From NCBI GenBank assembly GCA_028826165.1, contig JAPDFW010000066.1, forward strand, positions 186,001 through 250,000: a DNA stretch of 64,000 nucleotides, written 5' to 3'. Positions 24,921 to 36,700 of the stretch are shown piece after piece (within the stretch, counting starts at the first letter, position 1; the number at the start of each line of letters is the position of its first letter). The position numbers and the translations under genes are program-made. The notes beneath the pieces are model-generated. The model ran no database searches. It was given only the letters and a program-made list of their open reading frames with translations, and had not been told where the DNA came from. This DNA is from Anaeramoeba ignava BMAN (taxonomy: Eukaryota; Protista; Anaeramoebae).

Positions 24921-27900
24921 TTAAAAATGGATTTCCATTCCAAAATGAATCTCAAAAGCTTTTTTAGAATATACTTGAATTTCTTCAGAAAAACGAATAA
25001 CTTCATCCAATTTTGTTGATTCTTCTACAATATTCCAATCTTGGTCTTCATCTAAATATCCCATTTGAAGATTTTGATCAGAAAAAGCTTGTGGGAAAAG
25101 TTTAAGAAGATGACTCTTCAAATCAAGAACAGACAATATTTTTATTTTCGATAAATCAATTCTTGTGTCAAAATTTTTCACAATTTCCACGTGGCGTTCC
25201 ACTTTTTGAGAATTTTCATTTTGTAAAGAAGAAGCAAGAAGATCGAAGAAAGAGACTTTAAGAAATCGTCTGAGATGGTGGTTTCTGAAGGAAAGATTGG
25301 GGTCGAGAATCTCAGGTTCTGTATAAACAGAAAGTTGCGGGGAAGAAGTTGTGCGATCGCAGACTCTTTTCATTCTCTTTCTGAGTTGGGGATCAGCAAG
25401 AGAAAGAGGGGTTTTTTTGCGGAGATTTGGGGTTTCAGTGTCTGCGCCTAGTTTAATCAAGAGAAGGGCAGTGTGAATGTTGTTGCGGATGATTGCGAGA
25501 TGAAGCGGAGTGTTTCCGTCGAGATCCTGAGCATTTATATCGATGCCGCTTTGGAGAAGATCCGGGAGCAGTTGGAAATGTGCGTTTTTGGCAACAAGAT
25601 GAAGACAAGTTTTGCCGTCTCTTCGGATGACATTGGGTCTTCCCGAAGATGCGATCAATAACTTAAATGCCTGCAAACTTCCTTTTTTGCACGCAATATG
25701 GATTGCAGTGTTTCCTTTAGGCGTCAAATCCTGGAAGTTTATGTCTGCGCCACTTGAAATTAGTTGCTCAACAGCACTATCAAATCCAATTCCGCAAGCG
25801 AGATGAAGAACAGTCTTGCTTTTCTTCATCATAGCATCCACATTTGCGCCTTGTTGAATTAGCGCCTTTACTGCGCTGATACTTTTCTGGAGAACTGCAG
25901 TGTGGATCGCAAGTTTTCCGTTTTGATTTGAGAGTTCTAGTTCTGGATCTGCTTGCAAAATAAGCTTGAAAAGCTCGTATTTGCGCTGAATAAGCGCTGC
26001 ATGAAGAGCAGTGTTTCCGTTGTTATCTTTCAAATCGAGGTTGATTCCATTTTTGATAAACAACCAGAAAAATTTTTCGAAAACTTCGAAATCTGTTTTT
26101 AATTCTGAAGGCGGGATGCCAAACTTTTCCTCGGATTCCTGTTCATCGTTTTTGAATTCGAGTGATGGCAAGGATTCATCGAAAGGATATCTCTCGATAA
26201 GCAAGTGAAGCAGGGTTTGTTTCTTGATATTTTTGTGGTTGATATTGACGCCCAATTTGAGCAAGTATTCCATCATTTCCACATTTAGTTGTTTCAACGA
26301 AATATGGAGAATATTCTCTCCAGCAGCGTTTTGCACATGCACATTTGTGCGAACGCGTGACTGAAGGAGAAGCCTGATGATTGACACAGACTGGGTTTCA
26401 ACAGCCAAAAGTAGAAGAGAATTTCCTTTTGAATCTTGGGAATTGACGTCAACTCCTTTTCTGAATAAATAAAGAAAAATAGATTCGCGAAGGGAGGAAT
26501 CTTTGTATTGGGTGTGGAACGCGATATGAAGGGCAGAAAGACCTGCGTTGTTCTTGATATTAATGTCTGCTCCTTTCTCGACAAGTTTCTCCACAAATTT
26601 CAAATTGCCGAGTTCGATAGCTTGCAAAAACGCAGTCATTCCCTTTGAATCGCGCACATCAAGTCCTATTCGTTTATTGTTCACAAGAAAATCAAATACT
26701 TCCTGATTCCCTTCGTTTACTGCAAGATGCAATATTGTTTGTCCTTCCTTGTTTTGTGAGTTTGCGTTGCATCCTGTTGATATTAAAAGATCCAAAATTT
26801 GTGTTGAAACTTCCTTTGAATACGAATAAAATAATATGTGCGAAAATAACGCTTCTTCTTTTGACTGGTTATTTCCAATTGCTCCATCTCGAATTAAAAT
26901 GCTTTTATTTTCTTCGTATGAAAACACAACTTTAATTGCATTCATTTTGTTTTTTTCCAAAAGAAATCTTAGATATTCCACATTTTGCTCGTCAATTGGC
27001 CGAGAAATACTGTTCATTTCAAGAAAATTCACAATATTTATATCTCGACTCACATTCCCATTTTCCATTAATTCGTGGAATACTGATTCAATAAATTTAT
27101 TGAGTAAATCCACACCAATTTTTTTGTACTGATTTTGCGTTTTCTGTAGTTTTCTTTCCATTACAGAAAGCTTGCTCTTTTCTTCCTCTCTTTGCTTTTT
27201 TTGCTCTTCATTCATCAAAAATTTGTTGAGATATTTGGGGAATCTGGGCATAATAATCAACGGAAATTTCTTGATTAATTTCATTACTATTTGATGAAAA
27301 TCCAGAATCTTTTTTTTTAATTCCCACGAAGATCCAAGAAATAAAACATTCAATTCATATGATTTTTTCAGTACAATATCTTTTAATTTGGCTCCTATTG
27401 AATTGTCTTGTTTTTTATTATTCATGCTATATGAAACCTCGCATTCATATCCCTTTTGTTTAGGATCATAATGTTCAATGTAGATTGTATGTTTATTCCC
27501 TTCTTTGCTTCTTAAATATTGCGAAATGTGGAAAATATTCACGAATTTTATCATTTCTTCTTGATTTTCTGATTTCATTTCAATTATCCGATTTTCAACT
27601 TGCAATCTTATTTTTAATTGCTTTTCTTCTGTGTCTGATGAAATGAATGTCAAACCTAAAGAGACAATCGGAAATGAATGTTGAATATTATATTTAACTA
27701 ATCGAGAGATGATTTCTTGGTAATTTTTCTTTTGCATTAATTGTTTCATTTCAGGAATATTGATTTTCTCATCCAATTTATAGAAATGAATAAATTGATT
27801 CGTAAATCCAATAATTTTGTTTTGTGATCCTTTTTTGGATATTTGTTGTGTATCAAATATCCCCATAAAAATTAAATCCCCCAGATATTGAATATTTTCT

Positions 27901-29560
27901 AAGTTATTTTATAACAAGCAAATATAGAAATAAATTTGATGTTAAAAATCATTTTGTTTTGTTTTGTTTTTTTTTGGAATTAAATTATTTCTCATTCTAA
28001 AGTTAATACTTTGATTAGATTCTTTTATTCCAGTTGCTGAAACAAAACTTGAATATCCAAATTTAATTTCAAAGTTTTCATAAATCAATTCAATTATTGT
28101 TTTTTCACAAACAAAATTAATGTATTTTAATTCTTGTATTAGATTTTCTTGTTTGATACTTCTTTCATTTGAAATTGTTTTCTTTGCAATTTGATCATAA
28201 TATTCAAGTAATTTCTCTAAAGTTTCAACATTTTGTTTTATTCCTAATTCTGTTGCAGTTTTTGGCTAAACAAAAAATTTTTGAGATTAATTTTAATATG
28301 AAAATGTGAATAAGAATAAAATGCAATTAACTTACAACAACAACATTAATATATTGATTAATTAAATCTTGTAAGATTGATTGGAGTCTAGCTATATATT
28401 TAAATGTTATTGTATCTTTTTCTTTCATTTCCTAATTTTATAAATTTTATAAATTTTATAAATAAATTTGATAAGTTTTATAAATAAATTTGATAAGTTT
28501 TATAAATAATTTTATATTTAACATTTTGAATTGTTTCTAAAATAGATCGGTTTTTTTCTAAATTTTCAATTTCTAAATTATTGAAATCAAATCCTTTAGT
28601 TGATAAATATTGTTTATTTCCTTCTGATATAATATCAAGAATTTGGAAAATAAATTCATTTAAACTTGTTGTTTTAGGAATTTGTGCTTGACATTTTTGA
28701 AAAAATTCTTCCATTCCCTTTAAAAATTATTGAATAAAAAAAAAAGGAAGAGAAATTCATTAATTTTAAAGAAAAGTAAAAAAATCTTTTTTTTAAATAA
28801 ATCAATAAATCACTTTAATTGTTTCTTTTGTTTGAAATAAACACCAAAATGTATATTCTTCATATTCATTTCCCCAATTTTTAATTAAATCCATTATTTT
28901 TGTATCTTTAGTTAATATAACTAAATCTAAATATTTTTAAATATTTTTAAATTTATTTTTGAATTTATTTTTGAATTTATTTTTAAATTTACTTTGATTT
29001 TGATAACTTGTTGCAATATTTGTTTTTGATACATCTTCAATATTTTGATTTTTTGCAAAACTTTCTAATGCATCATTAATTGTTGCATTTTCATTAAGAG
29101 AAATTCTAATAGGATCTTTTTCACCTTTAAGGAAAATCTTTAAAACAATCTTATTTTTTAAAAAAAAATAATAATAAATAAAAATTTTAAAAAATTTTAA
29201 ACTAAATAAAAAATAATTTACTTGATCAAAATCACCAAATTTTAAATGCAAAGTTGATTTAGGATTTTTTGTAGTAAGAGTTTTACTTAAAGTTAAAGGA
29301 GTTTCTGTTTCTTGATAATATCTTTCTATTTTTGAAATTAAATAAAAAAAAATATAATTTGAATTTTAAATAAATTTTAATTATAAAATCTTCTTCAAAC
29401 CAAATGAAGGAGCAACTAAATAAAGTTTATGTTGTGCTGCATTTTCTACATTTTTTAATTTACGAATTGCAGCTCTTGATAATTTTGCTGCATCTGTATT
29501 TAATGGATTTGCCATTGGTTTTGATGAACCATCTGGAAAAAAAACTTTAAAAAGAACCAT
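24921..29560 (-). CDS. Multidomain protein: N-terminal ubiquitin-like/RA domains, PH-like and PX-like regions, ankyrin repeats, C-terminal PB1 (multi-exon)
   Basis: Start MVLFKVFFPDGSSK at 29560. PX-like DFHQIVMKLIKKFPLIIMPRFPK, many GxTxLHxA ankyrin repeats, PB1 OPCA-like motif MGYLDEDQDW. Confidence 0.7.
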
Positions 29561-29660
29561 AATTTTAAATTTTAAATTTTAAATTTAATAAAAAAGAAAA
29601 AAATGAAAAAAAAATTAAAATTAAAATTTTTTTCATTTTTTTCATTTTTATTTTTTTAAA

Positions 29661-30387
29661 ATGAATCAAAAAATTAATTTTAATCCTTATAATAAAAAAC
29701 AAATTGTTGAAACTTTAAATGAAACAATTCAAAAAGCAAGTTTAATTCAATATAAAACAAATTTAAACAAAAATTTACAAAAAAAATTTACAAAAAAATT
29801 TTTTCTTATTTTTCTTTTTTAATAAATCAATATAATTTTAGTCTGCAATTAATTATGGATATTCTGAAGATAAAAAATGGACATATCTTTATAATACATT
29901 ATCAATTCTAGGAATTATTAGTATTTTATTTGCACAATTTAATTATGATTCTTGGCAGAAAAAGAAAAATAAAACATTTTTATTAGTTATCATTTTTTTT
30001 ATATTTTGGATTGCAACAACTTTTATTGAAAATTTAATTGAAGGAAAATTGATATTTTTTTCTTTACCAAAAAAATTTCAAATCAAAAAAAGAAAAAATG
30101 AAAAAATTGAATATCAATTAGCAATTCAAATAACAACTGATTTAAAATCAAAAGAAGGAATATTTGAAGTTAAAATATTTGAAAGAACTTCTTCAAATAA
30201 GTTTTGGTTTCAATACATTTGGTCTTGTATCAAAAATTTCAGTTTCAAATCAAATGCTTTTCTACTTTCTTCTTATTCTTTTCAACTCGAAGATATTTTC
30301 CATTCAAATGGTGATTTTTTACAATCAAAAGTTAATAATCAAATGAAAATTCTTCTTGATAATTCTTTTAGAAAGAAATTTCAATAA
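29661..30387 (+). CDS. SPCS2: Signal peptidase complex subunit 2 (SPC25 family); exons 29661-29735 and 29842-30387
   Basis: N-terminal INFNPYNKKQIVETLNETI, GYSED, two TM helices ending in IEGK.IF, C-terminal EDIFHSNG. The frame requires a GC donor. Confidence 0.65.
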
Positions 30388-30543
30388 ATTTTTTTTGAAT
30401 CAAAAAAATCAAAGAAATCCAAAAAATCAAAAAAAGAAGAATAAGAAGAATTTTTAAATAAAAATAAAAGCAAAATTTAAAAATGAAAAATTTTCAATTT
30501 AAAAAAAAAAAGAATGAAATTAAATTTTAATAATTTTCAAGTT

Positions 30544-33148
30544 TCATTTCAATCCTCGATTAACTTTTATTTGATCAATTTGTTTCTCTAATTCATCAAA
30601 TTTTTTCCCCAACTTTTTTAAAAAACAAAAACATAAATTAATTTTTAAAAAAAAATAATTTTAAAAATTTTTAAATTTTACATTTCGATAAAAATCAATA
30701 TGAGAAAATAATAATTGTTTGCAAATTGATTGAAATTCTATTGAACGTTGAATTCTAAAGTTTTCAAATTCTGCTAATGTAATACTAGATTGAGCTGCAA
30801 ATTTTCTTTTTTTTTCTTGAAATTGTTTTTCTTTTTTTTCTGCTTTTTTATTTTTCTTTCTTGTTTTTTGGATTGAATTTAATTTAGACATAAAATCAGA
30901 ATAAGAAGTCTCAAAAGTACGAAAAACCTCACAAAATTTAGTAGAAGTAGTTGAATAATCTAAGAGATCTGAAATAATTTGAGATTCTTGTTCAAGCTTT
31001 AAAATTTATATTTATAATTTAATAATTAAATAATTTATATTTATAATTTAATAATTTATATTTAAATTCCACAAACTTTATTCTGTATCAATATAATTCG
31101 ATCTTCAAATAATTTTTGAAGAGAAATGATAATATTTTTTAATTGTTGAGAATCTTCAGGAATTTGTTGTTCATCTCTCCAATCAAAACCTATATTGCTT
31201 GATTGATTTAAAACTTCAAATAAATTTTCACTATTTTTTGAAAATTGATTCATTGAAGAAATCATTTTTTGGAATTTTTCTTGAACATTTAAAATTGCTT
31301 GTCCAAATTTTTCGACATGATTTTGAAACTTGTCAGAATGATCCTTAAAAAATTTTGCGCGTGAAGTTTCATCTTGAAGAATAGAAACATCAACATCAAC
31401 CTTTTCCCAAAAAGGTCGAGAAGTTTTCTCGATAATTTTTTGATTTGAATACCAATTATTTTCCTTATCATTCTGGATAAAATCAAGAAACAAAGAAGTT
31501 TGTGATAAAATTGGATGAGATAAAATTTGCTTGAGAAACCTTTCAAGCATTTTGCGTCGATTTTCAAGAAAGGTTTCTTTGAATTTTCCAGTAACTTTTT
31601 TTTCAGGTAATATTGGAAATGGAATATTAGGAAAAAGTCTTTTTAGTTGTGTTTGAAGCCATAAAAAATCTGAATATCGATGATAAACCTTGTAATTTCC
31701 TGGTTGAGTTTCAATTACATAAGTTGAGTATTTTTTAAACTTCCCTCGCTTTTCTGTTCCTGTTATTGAAATTGTTGCTTCTGATTTTTCTTGGTTTTCC
31801 CAAAGAAAATTCTTATTGATTTGAAATTTTTTGTTTATAAGATCTTGGAATTTTGAATCTTGTTGAATTTCTGATGTTTGATGAATAGATTCTTCACTTG
31901 ATCTTTCTAAATCTATTGAATTTCTTGGTGTTGTTTGACTTTCTTTACTGGATATGCTTGATCTTGTTGTTTTTTGATTTGTGTTTGGATTCACTTCGCT
32001 TGAATCACTTGAATCAATTATTTCACTTGAATCATTAGCAAATGATTTTCTTTCTTGTGAATCATTTGTTTTATTTTCATTTTCAAAATCAACTGAATTT
32101 GAATGTTTTGATTTATGGTTGATTTTTTCTTTTTCTTTTTTAATTTCTTTTTGAATTTCTTTTTGAATTTCTTTTTGTTCTTCAATTTCAATTTGTTTTT
32201 CATTTTCTTTTTCTTCATTATTTTGTTGTTCTATTTTTTTAACATAACTAATTTATTAAATGAATTTGAATTTGAATTTTGAATTTTGAATTTTGATTTT
32301 TGAATTTTGATTTTGAATTTAATTTTTACTTATATGGAAAAATTCCAATATTTTTTGGATTACTCTTTATATAACCACTCCACCATCCTTTTATTTCAAC
32401 AAAAAATAATTAAATTAAATAGAAAAAGTTTGTATCTTTTGAAAAAGTTTGTATCTTTTAATATTTCATTTGATTTTTAATTTTAATTTGATTTGATTTT
32501 ATTTTGATTTTGATTTTGAATTTGATTTTGATTTGATTTTTATTTTGAAATTGATTTTGATTTTGAATTTGAATTTTATTTTGAATTTGAATTTGAATTT
32601 GATTTTAATTTTGATTTTTGAATTTTGATTTTGAATTTAAAATTGATTTTGAATTTTATTTTGATTTTGATTTTGATTTTGAATTTTAATTTTGATTTTG
32701 ATTTTGATTTTGATTTTTAATTTGATTTTGAATTTGATTTTGAATTTGAATTTGATTTTGATTTTTGAATTTTATTTTTAATTTGATTTATAATTTGAAT
32801 TTGAATTTGAAATTGAATTTTAATTTTAAATTTGAATTTTGAATTTGATTTTGATTTTGATTTTAAATTTGAATTTTGAATTTGATTTTTATTTTGAATT
32901 TGATTTTGAATTTGATATTAAATTTGGATTTGAATTTGAATTTGATTATTTTGAATTTGATTTTGATTTTGAATTTGATTTTGAATTTGAATTTGAATTT
33001 GATTTTGAATTTGATTTTGAAAATTTAAATTATTACCTCCTTGATTACTTAAAACACAAATTTCATCATTTTTATGAATTGAAAGTTCTTCTGATTCTTG
33101 TGCTTCATAAGTATATAATGCAATTACTGAAAATAAAGGTTTCGACAT
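30544..33148 (-). CDS. SH3-PX-BAR sorting nexin (SNX9/18/33-like), multi-exon
   Basis: SH3 ALYTYEAQESEELS...GWLY...GIFP..YV. PX VYHRYSDFLWL...PILPEK...ENRRKMLERFL. Helical BAR-like C-terminus. Confidence 0.85.
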
Positions 33149-33285
33149 TTAAATTTTATAAAAAATTGAAAAGAAGAAAAAATGAAAAAAAAAATTAAGA
33201 AAAAAAAAATAATTTTATTCATTTCAGAAAAAAAGAGAAAAAAAGAAGAAGGAAAAAGGAATGTTTTCAAAAAAACAGAACAAGA

Positions 33286-33770
33286 CTAAAAAAAAAGAAT
33301 AAGAAAAATTTTTTCATTCCAAATTAAATTTGAATTTGAAATTGATTTTGAATTTGAATTTGAATTTGAATTTGATTTTGAATTTGAAATTGAAATTGAA
33401 TTTGAATTTGAATTTGAATTTGATTTTGATTTTGAATTTGATTTTGATTTTAAATTTGAATTTGAATTTGAATTTGAATTTGAATTTGAATTTGAATTTG
33501 AATTTGATTTTGATTTTAATTTGAATTTGAATTTGAATTTGAATTTGAATTTGATTTTGAATTTTGAATTTTGAATTTGAATTTTGAATTTGAATTTGAA
33601 TTTGAATTTGATTTTGAATTTTGAATTTTGAATTTGAATTTTGAATTTGAAATTGAAATTGAAATTGATTTTGAATTTGAATTTGAATTTGAATTTGATT
33701 TTCAAATTGATTTTGATTTATTTTGAAATTTTATAAATGGTTTTGATTTTGATTTTGGATTTTGATTTAT
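33286..33770. repeat. Intergenic (TTTGAA/TTTTGA)n microsatellite
   Basis: Hexamer repeat downstream of the BEACH gene. Confidence 0.85.
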
Positions 33771-33779
33771 TTTGAAATT

Positions 33780-36700
33780 TTATAAATGATTTTGATTTTC
33801 ATCTTGATTTTCATCTTCATTAGAAAAATTTTCTAATTTGCAATTATCACAAATTCGAACAGGATGAAAGAAATGCTGATCAATCAAAGGAGTACGAAAC
33901 AAACTACAAGAATCACAAACAACTTTACCACATTTCCTACAATGATGCTTTCTCAAAATAAGAGAAAAAGGTTTTCCACAAATAGAACATTTATGAATGG
34001 AAGAACTAGGAGTCCAATGGCTTTTATCACCTTGTTCAAGAAAACCTAATTGCAAAACATCTCCTGAAGAATTTCCAATATAAACGGAAATATTTGAATC
34101 ATTGAAAATACAAGTTATCGGAGAATCAACTGTTTGAATCACTTGAATTTCATTAAGTGTTCTTACTAACTTTTTAGAAACATCCATATTTTTATCAACT
34201 TCACTTGATTTCGAAATTTCAACCATTTGTGATTGAACTGAGAAAAATCTAATCATTCCATCGCGATGACCACTGATGTATAAATGTCTTGGATCCCAAT
34301 TCGGAAAATGAGTCATTGACAAACTGAAAATATCATCATTTTTGTTCTTGGAAATTGATTTTTCACACCATAAATGCCCGTTAATTGTACAGATACGAAT
34401 TGTTGATTTTGAACATGTAACAATTTCTCCAGAGAAATCATTGATTGAAATATTTCGCACTTTGTGTTGAAAAGTCGGTAATTGACGTGTATATCGAAAT
34501 CTATTTAAATCCCAAATGATACATGTTCCATCTTTTGATCCACTCGCAACAATATTAAATGCAACAGAAATTGCTAAGCATGCTACTGCTTTTGAATGTC
34601 CATAAAGTTTTTGAATTAATTGGAAATGAGGCTTGATTATTTTCTGTTGGTTATTTTGTGGATTAAGGTTATCGATGCATTTGGGAATTTTGGATGATAT
34701 TTTTTGAAGTTGTGGATCCTTTGTTTCAAATCCAAATTCCTTGTTAAATAAAAGCAAGTTTTGGAGATATGTGAATGGTTTGTCTTCCTGATCCTCATTC
34801 TCTATCACTAATTTTCGTGTTTTCTTGTTTATATTTTCTGTTAATGATTGTATTTTTATAACTTTCTTTTGAATTTTCCAAATGCTTATGATTGAATCTT
34901 TTCCTCCTGTGATTAAGATATGATTGCCATCTATATAACAAACTGATGTTATTTCTGTCAGATGAAGTTTTTCTTGAAATCTTATTGTTTTGTTGTTTTC
35001 AGAATTGATTATTTTGAGTGAATTATCACTATTTTTAAATGATATTTGATTTTGTGGGTTTTCACGAATAATTCTTTTATATTTCCCAACAACAAAAAGT
35101 TTTCCGTTTGAGATATAAATATCTCCTATTGGTTCTTTAATTTTTTTAATTGTATTCAATTTTAATAAATGTGGATAAATAATTGGAATAAATTTTGAAT
35201 TTGGATTGAATGGTGCAATAACTGATTTATTTTGAAGTTTTTGATAATTTGTTCCTTTTGTAGTTCTATTTTTGTTTTTTTGTTGGATTTGATTATGTAT
35301 TTTTGAATTTTTCGAAGGATTATCACTATCATCATTTTCATTTTCATTTTCATTTTCATTTTCATTTTCATTTTCATTTTCATTTTGATTTTCATTTTCA
35401 TTTTCAAATTGATTTTGATTTTGATTTTCATTTTGATTTTGATTTTGATTTTCATTTTGATTTTCATTTTGATTTTGATTTTGATTTTGATTTTGATTTT
35501 GATTTTGATTTTGATTTTGATTTTGATTTTGATTTTTGATTTTTATTTTCATTTTCATTTTGATTTTGATTTTGATTTTGATTTTGATTTTGATTTTGAT
35601 TTTCATTTTCATTTTGATTTTGATTTTCATTTTGATTTTGATTTTGATTTTGATTTTCATTTTCATTTTGATTTTCATTTTGATTTTCATTTTGATTTTT
35701 ATTTTGATTTTGATTTTGATTTTGATTTTGATTTTGATTTTGATTTTGATTTTGATTTTGATTTTGATTTTGATTTTCAAATTGATTTTGATTTTGATTT
35801 TCATTATTTTCAAATTGATTTTGATTTTGATTTTGATTTTGATTTTCATTTTCATTTTCATTTTCAAATTGATTTTGATTTTCATTTTCATTTTCAAATT
35901 GATTTTGATTTTCATTTTCATTTTCAAATTGATTTTGATTTTCATTTTCATTTTCAAATTGATTTTGATTTTCATTTTCATTTTGATTTTCATTTTGATT
36001 TTGATTTTGATTTTTATTTTTATTTTGATTTTGATTTTTATTTTCATTTTCAAATTGATTTTGATTTTGATTTTGATTTTCTTTTTTCGGATATGAAATG
36101 TAAAAGAAGGTATAATTTTATCAACACTTTGAAAAAATCTAGATTTAATATGTTTTTCAGATTCTTTTTTTGGAATTCTATCAATATAATTATTATATTC
36201 TTGAAAAATATTATTTTTTTTAATATTTGAAATTTCTTGAGAATTTGTTATTGAATTTTGATTTTGATTTTTGGAATAATATTCAGTCAATGGATTAGAT
36301 TCGTTTTTGGAAAATGAAGACAAACGAAAGCACCTTCTTGAAGAATGTGGTTTAGTAAATAATTGTTTTGGTGTTTGACCGAAATTATTGATTTGAGAAA
36401 TCTTTGAAATGAGTTCAGTTTGGTCTTGAATTTTATTAAGTTTAACAGATCCTCCATAAGTAAGATAATAAAAAACATTCATAGCTCTTTCAGCATATTT
36501 CCCGCGTTGTTTGAATCCAAATATCAAATCAATCCAATGATGCAAATTCCTGGAGACATAATCACTTTCCAAAGCTCGTCTTTGTTGAATGATAAACTCA
36601 TAAGGATCATCTTTAGCCCAAGGAGGTAAATGAACATGATTAACAGGAACATCTTCTTGGGAATTGATACCGAAATCAAAGTTGTTTGAATTGATCAAAA

